DNA of 63,262 bases, filler included, from Reticulomyxa filosa (GCA_000512085.1; 8 parts of 8 records of this genome joined end to end with filler, not necessarily neighbours in it), one strand, 5' to 3'. Counted from the whole stretch's first letter, positions 26,810 through 40,617 are shown. Notes: generated by a model from the letters alone, not told the origin. Numbers and translations are program-made.

Positions 26810-28191
26810 ATGCAAGACAGCAGCGGCGATAATATCAATATCAATGCCATACACGAAGGAGATAAGAAATATGAAAAGGAAATAAAAACATTGACTCAAT
26901 TACTTAGTGATTCAATTAATAAAGAAGAGCTGAAGAAGAAAATAATGAAAAACAATGGAAATATCGAATTGGTGATTAAAGACATTGTTCAACAATTTAT
27001 TGAAAATGAGGTATATTATAACAATAAAAATATATCTTATTTTATCACAATTGATGTTTTTTTTTTATATTAATAGGATAAAAGCAAAATTAACGAATTG
27101 GAGAAAATTGAACAGGTAACACAAAAATTATTTTATAACATTTTTTTTTTTATCTTTATGTTTCTGTTTTGTGATGATAAATAGAAACAAGAACAAGAAC
27201 AAAAACAAGAAAATACAATGAATATATTAGATAATAATAATAAAAGTATACAAAAAGAAATGGAAAAATCAAAAATTGGAGAAACAAAACCAGGAATTAA
27301 TTTACAAGGATATTGCATCAATGAAATTTGTTTGGCATCAAAGGCGAAATTACCAGTATGGATTAATATTGGATTTAATAATATTACATTTATTTCAGAT
27401 AAAACTTCTTTTAATTGCCCTCATTGTAAAAAAGAAACAGTCACGTCCATTGTTAAAGCAATGTTCTAATTCCGAACATTCGATTTGTGCAAGTGGTGAT
27501 CCAATGCCCGTGAAGGACAATAATTATCAATGTTCATATTCAATTAAATCTGGATTACCTTATGAATTAAAAGCAAATAAAATTAAACAACATGCAAAGA
27601 GTATTGAAGACTTGAGAGAACGAAGTGAACATGCAATGAATAGTATTGAAATTAAGAATTTGGTAATAGAATTACAAAAATATGAGATTACAGTCGTGAA
27701 ATCACCTAGTTTGAAAGGGAGTGAAAAATTATTTGAAAAGATTCAAGCAAATTATGGTGGTGATTTTAATCAAGCATTTGATATTGGAAGATTTACAATT
27801 TTATGTGATAATTCTACTAAACTACAAACTGCAGTTGCTGTGATAAAGAAGGCAGAGCAATTCAATTTAATTGTAGCTGAAGATAAAGATTTTTTTGTGA
27901 AAAATCTAAAACACATCATCGTTTTCATAATATTAAATTGTATGTTCCAAAACATGATGTATATATTGAAATGCAAGCAACATTGAAGAAGTTTACAACA
28001 TTGGAAGGATATGCTATAATTGAAAATCCAAAATTAAGTCATTTATTTTATGAACAAATTCGGGCATGGAAACCTAATAATCAAATAGAAGAAGAATTAA
28101 AACAAGCAAGTGATGAAACATTGGCCAAAATTAATGATATAATCTGCGAATGGATTGACGAAAAAGAAATTAAAAAAATTGCAACTCGATA
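26810..28191 (+). CDS. UBA-like + Cys-rich Zn-binding domain + RelA/SpoT-like nucleotidyltransferase domain; two frameshifts (~27465, ~27900); 3' end in gap; gene or recent pseudogene
   Basis: Exons 26810-27010, 27077-27115, 27185 onward. PGINLQGYCINEIC..NIGF..CPHC. SLKGSEKLFEKIQANYGGDFNQAFDIGRFTILCD..DKDFF..KTHHRFHNIKLY..YIEMQATL. Confidence 0.72.
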
Positions 28192-28585
28192 NNNNNNNNN
28201 NNNNNNNNNNNNNNNNNNNNNNNNNNNNNNNNNNNTTAATTAATTAANNNNNNNNNNNNNNNNNNNNNNNNNNNNNNNNNNNNNNNNNNNNAAAAAAAAA
28301 ATTGATCAAACAACATTATTATGTAATTTTCAATAACAAAAGAAACTAAATGAAGGAAAAAATAATTTTGTTGTTTCTTTGACAGCAACGAGTGACTTGT
28401 GATTTAATGATACGAGAGAATAAAAAAAAGTAACGAAAAGTTTTACTTTACAAGTATACACATTGATGGCATTTTTTAGTACTAGAAATCTTCGATGTGG
28501 AAAAAGAAGAAAAAAAGAAGGAAGACCCTCTTTTTGCAAGATACAAAGCCCAGAGAAGGGGGGGGAAGGAAAAAAGGGGATCGAT

Positions 28586-29850
28586 TCAACGAAGAGGATT
28601 GACATTAGACTTGATTTTATTTTTTGAAAACGTAGCAACGCAAGATTGGAAGATAGACTGACATCGAAAGCAGTACTGATCGTAAATGTGACTTCCATAC
28701 GAAGTCTGCAAATAGATGCACCATAGAACAATGGCGATGGCCAAGCTGGCCAAAAAAAAGAGGGGGAGAATGGAATCTACACTGATGACAAAGACGCAAA
28801 TCTCCATGATCCCTTTCAGCAGTAGACACAAGCAATTTAAGAAGGAGTATTTCGTAATGGTTTTGATCAGGCCAAGTTCTTTCGATTCGAACTGAACCGA
28901 TATTTTACGCGTATTGTCGTCCGTGTCGAGTGACGGAATGTCGATTGAGTCCATTTGCTTTACCGGTTTGATATGTTGCAATTGAGCAGAAGGAGCAGCT
29001 GCGTCAGAGTTCAACGCAGAAGACATATGCATTCTCTCGCGGATCGTGGTTTCGAAAGACTGCTTCAATACTTGATACAATTTTTGTACGAATAAAAATA
29101 TTAACACAAACCCAAGGCAAATATGCACGATGAAAAAGGTCGAAAACAGTTCCGTCTTAGCCTTTATTTGCCCGTTGCCTGTACCATCCACCTCCGATAT
29201 TTTTATCATCTCCACGATAAAAAATCCTGTCAACAACAGAAATATTGTCGTTATTGTTATCCCTATCCCTATCAACCATCTCTTTGAATAGCGGTATATC
29301 GTGTTATTAAATGTTATATCAATTCGTGCCAAAAATAATCGGTACCTTTTTTTTTTTTTTTTTTTAATAGTGTTTTTTCAACCTGTATATAGCAATGCGT
29401 GGATGCATATGTATAAATGTACACTTGTTATATGTGTGCGTAAATGTAACATTGCGCATGATGCAAGTACAAATAAATATTTTGCAATCAATATTTCTGC
29501 TGCCAATGTCTTGTCATTTTGCACATGGCTCTCCACTTGCAACGTTCTGCAAATCACTACGAATGTCATTATGCCACAAAGCCAATAAAAACTGGCACTT
29601 ATCACTGTTCAATTCAAGTCCATTCGTGGCTTCAATTTTTTTTTTTTGCAGATTAAATGGGCTTTTTTTCATAAAAAAAAAAATAAATAGGGAATACATC
29701 ACTTGTGAAAATCTTTATCTGCTTCGCCACCATTATATCATTCTCTTTTTTAATGAAGAAACGGTAACACAAATTGACTGGTACCGCTGTTGAGAATAAC
29801 GTAAATATTATACCAAACAAATACACAAGTATTTGCCTCGCGGACATCAA
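28586..29850 (-). CDS. Seven-transmembrane, GPCR-like protein (at least 3 exons; start uncertain, possibly ATG at 29972)
   Basis: Spliced product has 7 hydrophobic helices, TM3 ending YRLFLARI, a long polar loop between TM5 and TM6 and a Cys-rich tail (YDQYCFRCQ). Confidence 0.7.
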
Positions 29851-30297
29851 GCCAATTTATATTATTTCAAGGTTGATTGTGTTAAACGACGATCCAATTT
29901 TTATTATCTTTTCTTTTGAAACTTCTAGAAAACGTGAACTTTTGGTACCGTTGTGTTGTTTGTTTTACTCATGATGATCCGACTTACAATAGGATATAAA
30001 CACAGCGAAAAGAAAATAAAGGAAATTTATCCAAGACAATTTATGGTACAATTAACAAGCTGCTGAAGTATATTGCACATAAGTTAGTTAATTAATTTAA
30101 AAAAAGTTGGAAATGATGAAGTCTGTTTGTTAAATGCAAGTTTGAAAGTTGTTTTGTACAAAAGTGAAGATGTTTTGATGGATTAATACTTGCTGATGTG
30201 ATAAGTCAATAACTGCCAACAAAAAATCACCAAATAAACAAAGCTTGGACACCAAAAAAAAAAAAAAAGGAAAAAATGTGTATTGTATGTATTTCTT

Positions 30298-31491
30298 TTA
30301 TGTACCAAAGCAAAAGCGTGACAAAGACAGTAAAATGAGAAAAGGCAAATACTGAATAGAATTCATGACAATGGCCATGAAGGGGATGTAAACGTAGTAA
30401 GGTTGTTCATCGCAAAGATGGAAGAAGGAGATGGGTACATCGGACCAAAACTCGTAACAAGTGTTGACATTCATGTAATCCATATAATGCGTTTTGTTTT
30501 CGGCCACAATGCAATGCTTCTTGTGTCCGGACTCGATCACTTCTTTCATCGTTGCCGTTATTGGAAACCAGACATTACACGGGGTGAAGATGCGAGCTAA
30601 GATTACTAACAAAAGGTTCAACCCCGCTGCTATCTCGTATGCAAACGGGTGAAAATAACTTCCACGTAAGCAATAGAATCCAAATGGCAAAAACCTTATT
30701 TTTTATTTTTTTAAATTTTTTTGTTTTATTCTTTTTTTTTTTTCCTCCCCTTTTTTTTTTTCTTCCCCTTTGGCATTTTTTTTTTTTTTTAAATTACCAT
30801 AAGTGATGCATCGTTGTGACTTTCCGTGCCAATGAGGTTTGAGGCCAGACAATGTAGGAAGCGACGCCCAAAGGAAACTTGCCAATGGTTAGATAAGTAA
30901 GGCATTCCACATACCATCTTGAATTCAACGTTTCAAAATACACATACATTTGCAATTGTTTTTTTTTTTTTAAAAAAATAACAACAAAGAAACATAAAAA
31001 AAAAAAGAGGTCAGCTTTTTAAAACATGTGTGAAAACGTAACAACAATTGGTCCAACCCAACGATCATGACACCAGCAGAAATAAGCAAGGGCTTCTTTA
31101 GGAAACAGCCGAGCGATGCCAAGAGCATGGCCATGTTGCAACCCCATAACACTTCGTAGAAACGGGCGTTGTGTGCTGTTTCTTGGATTCGCCAATAAAA
31201 TGTCAGAACCATATAGCCAAGTAAAAACATCCCTTCAATCGTACGATCTTTTCCTTCAAACCCAAGCGTGTAGGCCGAAACGTGTCGTATGTTGCTGCTT
31301 TCGCAATACCAGTTCACGCCAAATGCTATTGTGAAAAATATCAGTGAGGCTATGCTGGTCTCTTGGAACGGCTTTATTGAGCTAGCGTCCATTGATATCG
31401 GAGGCTGTCTCGACATTGACGCACGATGTTTGTGATCTGCTGCTTTGGATTTCTTTTCTGATGAGTCATCTTTCAACTTATGTGTTGCCAT
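30298..31491 (-). CDS. Multi-pass membrane protein (3 exons), possibly TMEM164/YwaF-like
   Basis: In-frame splicing gives YEVLWGCN..GLDQLLWYVE..FPLGVASYIVWPQT..TTMHHLWFLPFG; about 6-7 TM segments. Confidence 0.7.
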
Positions 31492-31913
31492 TGCACTGAT
31501 GATGTGCAGTCAGAGCCCCCTTAGTCGTAGCTTAAAAAAAAACACAACAACACTTCCTTTTTTATACAGAACCAAGGAATACCCTTCACTTTTTGCATTG
31601 CTGTTCGTTTGTTTGAGATAAAAAAAGAAAAGACACACGACCAAGTTCCAGAATTTAAGGTGCTCGGCAGGAAAAAAAACTTCATTTTTTAGATTACTAA
31701 GCCTTTTTTTTAAATATTATTATTCTTCGTTAAAGGTTGCTTTTTACCATTGGTGAGTTTGTTTTACAAGCAATAAGAATAATGTATATTGAAGCGCCAC
31801 CATGAAAGAGGAACAGGGGGAGGTGTAAGGGAGGAATGTGGAAAAAAACGTGTAATACAAAGTACAAAAAAAGAAACAAAAGGTTGTGATTGTGAAAACA
31901 AAGAAAATAAACT

Positions 31914-33361
31914 ATGGGAGTGAAGATACTTATCCACATCCGCCATATTCGTGGCCACACATTTGATGTTGAAGTGGACAGAGATGCGGACTGCATTGGC
32001 TTGAAAGTGGCCATTTGGGACTCGCAACAAGTTATTCCCAAACATACAAGAATCAGAAGCCAAAAACAAAAGCATTTTTTTTTTTTAAAAATGGCTTTTT
32101 AAAATTTTTTTATAAACCTTTAAAAAAATAAATAAAATAGATAGCTGTGGAAACTCAACGATTAGTCTACAACGGCAAAGAGATTGCCGACGAATGCACT
32201 TTGGTGGACTTAGGCGTTGATGACGGATCAACTGTCTTTTTGGTGGAGAGAATTGACAATGTAAAAAAAAAAACTTTTCAATAAATTTTATACGTGTTTT
32301 GATATTTAATTTTTTTTTTTGAGTAGTTTTGGTTTAGATTATAGTTAGTAAAAAAAAAATTTTAGTTGGTTACAAATTTTGAAAAGGGTCCCCCTTTTCG
32401 TTTACGTGAATACAATACATGTGATGTAAACATTAAAAAAAAAAATCGGAATATAGGCCCCTGTACCGCAACAAATCCAAGTTGTACAACCAGTTGTGGT
32501 TGTTCCTGAAGAGTCAGTATCCGTTCCCACCTTTGAGCCAATGTCAGTGAACTCGAACTATCAGCCATTGCCTGTTGATACCAGAAACGAGGCGCAAATT
32601 CAAGCCACTATTGACTTGGCTTTCTGGGTTCGAATGTATTGTGTAGTTGAGTTTTCTTGCTATTTTTTTTTTAGGTCTTTTTTTTTTTGTCCCCTCGGTG
32701 TCCCCTTTTTATCTATTTAAATGTGTTTATAAATAACCACAACCTCGTTTTGTAAAAAACTCATTTTTTTGTAAACTTGAATATTGTGTATACGTGTTCG
32801 AGTTTTTTGACGGATTTAAGATCGCTTTTTTAAAAAGTGTTTAGCCTTGCCCAAAACAGTATTTTGTTTAATAAAATGGCTTTGAATAGTTTGGCACTTT
32901 AATCAGCTTGGCAGTGTTGGGCCGTTGCTGGGGATCTTTGCTTCCCTTGACGTGCTATGTGATCGGCTACTTTGCTTGCCGAAAGTTGAACCGATGTTGC
33001 TTGGTGTTCCCATTGTTGGTTGCTATTGTGGTCGGCCCTGTAGGCTTTGTTTTTGTCATTTGGCAAATAGCAACTAACTTCAGGGTATGTTTTTTTGTGT
33101 GTTGTATGTCGGGTATATCTTTGCATATTATACGCAACATACTTGTTAATTGTGAGTCTCTTTCTCTCAATCACATTATTCACACAAAATACGATGTGTC
33201 TATAGGCTCCTTTGTTCGCTGCATTGTTCATCTCCTTCTTGCATATTTTGATCACGGCAAGTATTTTGAAATTGAGATGCCGAATTAAACATTTGAGCAG
33301 TGAGGAAAAAGCCACAGCAGTGCAGAGAATTCGTTCCAGAATCAGATGTTTTTGCTGCTAA
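31914..33361 (+). CDS. N-terminal ubiquitin-like domain + multi-TM protein ending in -CFCC (5 exons)
   Basis: IHIRHIRGHTFDVEVD..LKVAIWDSQQIAVETQRLVYNGKEIADECTLVDLGVDDGSTVFLV fits the ubiquitin fold pattern; about 4 TM helices; stop at 33359-33361. Confidence 0.82.
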
Positions 33362-36300
33362 ACCACCTTACAACGGCACATGAATCTAGAGAGGGCCAAG
33401 GGAAAAAACTTCGATCATGTGTGGATTTTTTGGGTTTTTTGTTGAAATGTCTTTTGGTAGTGAAAAGTCCTTGTGGTGTGCCAAATGATTCCGTATGATT
33501 TGTTTCGACTTTTCCTCCACGAATTCTTTTTTTCAAACTTCAAAGAATAACTGGAACAATAATAACAATTGTTTAAGTACAACATCTTAAAAATGAAACT
33601 TCTTTTTTAATATTCTGTGAAATCGTAATGAGTTGAGAAAAATTGAATGAGAAAAAAATTTTGGCAAAAAACGTTGCAGTTTTTTGTGAGGAAATTTGTA
33701 GATAAATTTAGGAAAAAAAGTAGGGTAAGTCTGCATAAAGTCCCCCAGATAAAATAAAAAAATTTTTGACGCATTTTTATACAACGAAATTTTTGTTTGC
33801 ACTTTTAAAATTATTATTGAACTTTTTCTGAATTAGTTAACAAAAGCAGGCAGGATTTTACATTCATTTAGGACGTCTATCTTACACCAAGAAACTAGCC
33901 AAGATACAGACAATCCTTTCAGTCCTTCACATGATCGGTTCCCTTGTTTTTGTCTGGAAAAGATAACTCAAAACAAGTACCCTATCTTTACATGCACATT
34001 TATCTTTTCCTCAAAAAAATTGAAATTTTCAATAATTCTCCTTTTTAGGTTTAACTTTAATAAAAAAAACAGTTTTTTCTTAGAAAGGGATTGTTAAAAA
34101 AGAGCATCGTCAACATTGCATTTGATAAATATTTCTTGTAAAGTTATCCTATTCTCTTCTTCGCTTGGACGCTTGCTATTCATCAGCAATGAGTTTGCAC
34201 CATTACAAGTATTTACGTATATGTATATACAAATAATTTTTTGCTCGGCGTCAATACCGCATTTACTCATATATGAATACATTGTTCAACCCAAATGTCT
34301 ATTCATAGTGTTTATGTGTTCACTATCGTATAACAGTAAATATTCATTTCTGCACAGTTGTATTCTACATTTAATCTATTTCTAAGATTCTGATTGTTCA
34401 TGTATTCCAAGATTGTTCTGTTAACTATAACAGCCCATTACACATAAGTGAGTTATAATGTATTATCTTCAAAAATGTGTGCAAAGTGTTTGTTACATTG
34501 TTGGAGGTCTTGTTGCTGTATTAGAAGGACTGTCGCAATGATCAACTACAGTCAATCATATAACTAATATACTGGACTGCAATTGGTCTGGTAGTCGCAA
34601 CATGAAAAAATGCTTTGCAAACTAATTCAAGTTTTCATGTTATAGAAGTCTATATTTTACAATGCTATGTGAATAATACATTAAACTGCAATCGTTTTCA
34701 AATCTACAAGTATTTAATTCAAACTTCATCTTCTAATTTAGCTGTTCCATTTCTATAATGTTATATATGTTTTGAAGTTGTTTTTTTAATAAAAACATAA
34801 AAAAATTATATTTAACTTTTATTCGCGCGTGGATGCATATCACAAATAAAAAAAATCTATTACCTTTTTCTATTTATACTTTTTCTTTTATGTATTTTTT
34901 CTTAATAAAAAATTATCACTTTCTTTTAATATACTTTTTTTCTTTTTATCAAATTTTTTTACTTTGTTATATTAATATACACTTATTTTTTTTTCTATAT
35001 AGAAATAATATTAAAAAATACTTTGTGGACATTTTGCGACATCTATATGTACACATTCAAACAAACTTATGTTTTTAATTTTTCAAAGACAAATATAAAA
35101 GAAACGTGTAACTATTTATTATGACTCAAGCTCAAATTTTTTTCATTTAAAATAAACAATCAAAATTTTTTTTTTGATAATACAGCAAAATAAAAAAATA
35201 TATAATTTCTTTGTGGTGAAATTCATATTTTATCACAAAGCAACATCATATAATAAAAGAAAAAATATAAATAAACATATACAAACATTATTTTTTTTCG
35301 TACACTGAATTGTCTTCAACAACGATTTTTTTTTTGTAGATAGTGTTAACGGCATTTCGGTATGGTGGAAAAAACACATTTAACAAGTAACTTATTTTGA
35401 AAATATATATGTATATATAACAAAACAATTTTTTTCATTTTGGATGCTGATTGGCCTTCTGCACTGTATTTTTCTTTTTTCTTTTATCGAGGCTGCGCAT
35501 GTTGTAAAAAAATATACAAATATTATTTTTTTTTATAATAAAAAAAAATAAATTTATTTAAAAATTTTTTTACTTTCTTTTTATTGTTGTGACTTGTCAA
35601 TTGTAACGACAATCCACTTTCAAATATCAAATACTTTGTCGCCGTCATATTCTTATGATCTGTTGTTAGCAATATATGTTGTGTAACCCGATTTATTGTA
35701 ATGTAATTTTTTTAAAATAATGTTTGCAACATACAATATAAATTAAATCATAATGCAATTTTTTGGCTTTGAATAGTAAGATATGACGTTCTAGATATCA
35801 TATAATTACGAAATTAATCATTGATAAAATATAATTTGTGAAGCTATTGTCATGTTGCAATATTATTTGTGTCAATGTGATGTATTTTTATGTTTTTTTT
35901 TAAAAAAGCAAAAATATATTAAATGAACAAAATGAATCTTTTCAAAATTAGCAGCACAAACTCAATGACTTAATCATCTGAATTGATTGTACAATCTTTG
36001 ATACAATTAATATCCACCCAAAGATTACATGCAATGAAAATACAACCTTCATTGTTGGAGACCTGTAAATGTATATTACAAACACAACTACTTGCACAAA
36101 AAATTTGTCTCTTCAACATCCACCAAAGTAAAAGTATATTATGTGTAATATGAGTAAATAGATATTGACTGCAACTATAGTGCTAACTTACATATTGATC
36201 AAATTTTGTGATAACAATACTAATTCTTTTTCGTTGAACGAGCCAATGTTGTTCTTTTGCCTTGCTCGCTGGTCCTTCGATTTTGCACATGAACCGTGCG

Positions 36301-38859
36301 TCTTCACTGGCCCATCATTTGCACTATCTGTCACTTTCATTCTTCCAATTCACAAATATAGATTGCCTCAAATGTTCCGGATCAAAAAGGATACTTTTCT
36401 CTTATCTTAAAAAAGAAACGTTGCAGTTACAATAAATTTGATAAATTTAAATTGATTTAAAAATTGAATTGTACTAACAGTTTTGAGATTGCAATACTGT
36501 TAAAAAAACAGAATTTCTTTTTTTTACTTTTTACTTTCGTGGCCAAAGAAAAAAGAAGCCAAATAATATTTCATGGCAAACAAATGGATCTTTTGCAAAG
36601 ATTACAAAGTCTTAGTTTACGTTGTAAAAACAAAATTTTTAAATAGAAAAAAAACAACAACTATTCAATTGCAAACAAGNNNNNNNNNNNNNNNNNNNNN
36701 NNNNNNNNNNNNNNNNNNNNNNNTTAATTAATTAANNNNNNNNNNNNNNNNNNNNNNNNNNNNNNNNNNNNNNNNNNNNACACAAGTAGCGACTTTGTGT
36801 ATCCTTAACATTGGTCAATTTCACATAGTGCGCCCCCCTCCCCCCCCCCCAATGGAAACTATTTGATGGGTATGACAATGTCAACAATGGTGATGATGAC
36901 GGCGATGACCACAAAAAGCAGTCCATGTTCTCCTCTATTCATTGTCAATTACTTCAATACATTGGACTGGTGTTGTGTGCGCCAAATTTGGGCGCCACTG
37001 CTGTTGGTGTGCGCGGAAGAGAGTTGATGTTGTTGTGCCATTGATTACAAAAAACAACAACGTCGTGCCAATCGATAAATGGATCGACGATTCAAAAGTT
37101 GCTCCATTATCTGCTGAACGAAACAAAAGTTGGATATTTGCGATGTGTTGGTGGCGCTGAGCCCTGCTGAGTACAATATTTTATTCAGCTATTCTCTCTT
37201 TCGTCTCACCTCTCTCATCTATCCTCTCTCTCTCATCTCAAAGAAGTGGCTGCTGACAAGACCGCCACTCAAAGAAATGGTAGCTCTAGGGAAGAGCCTT
37301 TTAGTGATAAGTCACAGTTCAATTGTTCCAAATAACGGAATACTTAGTGAAGGCATTACCATTGAAACTAACGCGCGCATTCCAACACAAGAGCTCAAGG
37401 TATTTCGTTGGTCATTTGTGTGCATGTATCTTTCCAGTTACCTGACGCTATAACTCGTTCTTGGGTCCATTGCTTGAAAAAGTTTTTTTTTATGTGTACA
37501 TATTTGATATATAACATCTTTATAACGTATATTTATTATTTATTTATTTATATGTGTGTTATGTGTTCTTGAACTTTTTGAATAGATCTTTAAAGGTGTG
37601 CAAATGGAAGTGTGCGAGTTGTTGCTGTTAATATTACTATTGGTGCTGAAGTGAATCCCCAGCAAAAATGGTTATGGTAATAGCAACTGAGTGCATCGAT
37701 TATGGATCATGGTATTATGCTTTGAATAGCGTATAATTTGAAAAAAAAAAATCAAAAGTCCAAATCAGTGTAATGTGCTCATGATTGATTGAAGGTGGTG
37801 AGCTGCGCAACCTATGTTACAAGTTATAATATTTTTTTATAATGTGATTGGAAAAAATTTCAAACATGTATGATGGATACACATGTATATAACATAGGTT
37901 TCAAAAAATCAACACATGTCAATCGAACATTGGAAAGTGGTGATTGCGGTGCCAGCAAGAAAGGTGAAGGGGAGTCAAATAATGCCAAGTTTATGGCATA
38001 CACAATTGCAAGTTTTAATACTTGCCTCAAATATTGTTTTTATCTCAATTGTTATTTCTTTTGATTTTTTTTAAATAATAACATCAATGTCTTTCCAACT
38101 CACCTAATTTCTTTCATCAAATCGTATTCATTGTAAAAAATTTCTGAATTAATATTTTAAATCGAAAAGAAAGTCAATCGAATCTATTTGCATATTTTTG
38201 TTTTCACTTATGTCTTTGAAAAAACTGATTACTGAAATTAATTGCATGTGATAATATGCAATAGACTATTCTATTATTTAGAGTTGGTACCAAGAAAAAA
38301 AAACAATAAGTACTCTAAAAGAGCCACGCATAAGAGTCGACTGTACGAAATAGGAATTAATTCTTGCCACTATTCCTGGCAAAAAAGACCTCGAGTAGCA
38401 TCTTCTTGCTGTCATGTAGGAGTAGATGGCAAGAAGAGTCTGAATCCAATGAAACCAATGAGAACAAAAATAGCAGTAATATTGATGTTGGAAGTTGGTA
38501 AGATGTGTAAGTTCTTTGGCCATGAAAATGAACAAAAGACTCTGAAATTCCAAAAAAGAGCAGAAGATGATAAAAATATAAATAATAAAACAAGAGTTTA
38601 AAAAAAAGAAATAAAATATTAATTTTTCATCATTCAATTTGACAAACTAAAATCTTTTTTATTTACATGGCATAAAAGAAATATGTTTTAAAAGAAGATT
38701 TAAGACCAAAATTGTTGTGACAACTCAATTGCCTAAAAAGTTTCTCCACGTTGTTCCACGAGCAATATCTGTGGTGAAATTAAACATTTCGTACCTTTCC
38801 AAATACTTATCTTCATCGATAAACCACAATATGGAGCTCCACCCTGCCAAACGCATTTC

Positions 38860-39127
38860 TACAAACAAAGATTGCTTGCTGTCTTGAGAAAATTGTACAG
38901 AATTAACATTATTTGAATGTCCTTCAATGAGTGGAGTAGTTTCCTAGAAAATGTGTCCACAATCGAATAGTTATATCATTGGAGCCTGACACAACTTTGG
39001 ATCCATCAGGTGACAAATTCAAAGAATTAACCCAACCTCGATGCCTCCCTAATAATTGAAGTGATTTTCCGGATGCTACATCCCACATGCGAATGGTTTC
39101 ATCATGCTTACCGAATATAACTCTGGT
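38860..39127 (-). pseudogene. WD40 pseudogene fragment
   Basis: HDETIRMWDVASGKSLQLLGRHRGWVNSLNLSPDGSKVVSGSNDITIRLW, then a frameshift, EGHSNNVNSVQFSQD and decay. Confidence 0.8.
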
Positions 39128-39227
39128 NNNNNNNNNNNNNNNNNNNNNNNNNNNNNNNNNNNNNNNNNNNNTTAATTAATTAANNNNNNNNNNNNNNNNN
39201 NNNNNNNNNNNNNNNNNNNNNNNNNNN

Positions 39228-40076
39228 AGAAAGACGTAATTCAACAATTATTGCAATGGGTGAAAATGCCGTTCGTGACGATATGACGACAGAGAAGCCG
39301 ATGAGAAAGATGTCTGTAGCATCGGACTCGTCTTCATCGTCCTCATCGTCAGACTCTTCTCCGTTGGACATCATCAATGACAATTGGCAACTGATGCAAG
39401 CGCTGCAGAACCCTTTGCTGCATCTACTGTTGCAGCGAACCCTGTCCGTGCAGTTATCGTGCAGCTGCAGCAAGTCGTCGCCGTGTACCCCCGCAGCCTC
39501 ATCACCAGCAAGATGCGAGTCACATCCTCGCCTTTCAGCTATCCTTCTTGCAGCTTCGAAATCTATTGCCTTTGAAGACCAGTTTGTTAACTTTTTTTTT
39601 TTTTAATGTTTCCCCATTAGTCTATGTGTTCAACTTCCTTTTTTTTTTTTTTTTTTCCCCTCCCCTCCCCTCCCAATCGAGACACAATGCACAACGGAGT
39701 GCGAACAGAGACTCCAGAACCAAGTGTGGAGCCAATGCCGAATCTTGCCGTGACATTGCCACAGTCGTGGACCAACAACGTCAATGCGGATCAGACGTCG
39801 GACTCGGAGATGGCATCGACGCCACTACAGGACAAAGAGGCCACGCCGACCAATCCTTCCGACTGGATCCGTTTGGGCGTGCCTCAAACAAAGCATGTCG
39901 TCGAGTCGTCCTCGCCCTTTGGAGTCGTTCAGCAAAACACGCACAAATACCACACCTTGCATTTCTTTTGCAAAGACTTTTCTGTGCTGCGCTTTGCTTC
40001 GTTTCATGTCTTTGATGCACTTGCTAGTCCCACTTTACATAGTCATTCCACACTTGTCGTCCCTCAAGTTTTTTAC

Positions 40077-40107
<31 letters not shown>

Positions 40108-40617
40108 TGTAATATTTATTTATTTATTTATTTATATATGTTTATATACATATTCATTTATTCATTTATTAATGCTTGTTTGGATGATGCCAGATTGTGA
40201 GTGAACCATTGTCGTGCACTGTTGCAATGCACTTGTGTCGAGAAGACTCAGACGAGTTGCCAAAGACATTGCTGCATTGCCAACTGTCGAAAGTGTTGCT
40301 TCGCGTGTCCAAGTCCACGGTCTCTGGCATATTGAATGCCATGGAGGACGTTGCGAACATTGCCACGCAACACATTGTCGCCATCCAAGTCGAAGAGCCT
40401 TTGCTGCCGTCGATTGAAGAAATGGACATTTTGGATCAAATGGCTGGCCATATTCCACAACAACAACAACAACAACCTGGTGCTCCATCCGTTGATGCAA
40501 TTGCCGACACAGTGTCCCACGACAATGAACACAATCATATCCACTCGTTTGTCACCACCACGGACAGCACAGAAAAGCCATTACAAGAGCAAAGTCAAAG
40601 TCAAAGACAAAGACAAA
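39228..40617 (+). CDS. Internal fragment (about 3 exons) of an unidentified large protein; both ends in gaps
   Basis: GC-richer ORF blocks separated by T-rich or (TA)n introns; no motif recognised. Confidence 0.55.
40083..40107. repeat. (TA)n microsatellite in an intron
   Basis: Direct reading. Confidence 0.9.

Noticed and set aside
33400-36679. Short ORFs in the long AT-rich region
   Set aside because: Low-complexity F/L/I/K-rich translations with no motifs; probably intergenic DNA or very old pseudogene debris
36780-37200. FRSADNGATF Asp-box/BNR-like motif suggesting a sialidase
   Set aside because: A single motif in a short ORF next to a gap; no coherent gene model could be built
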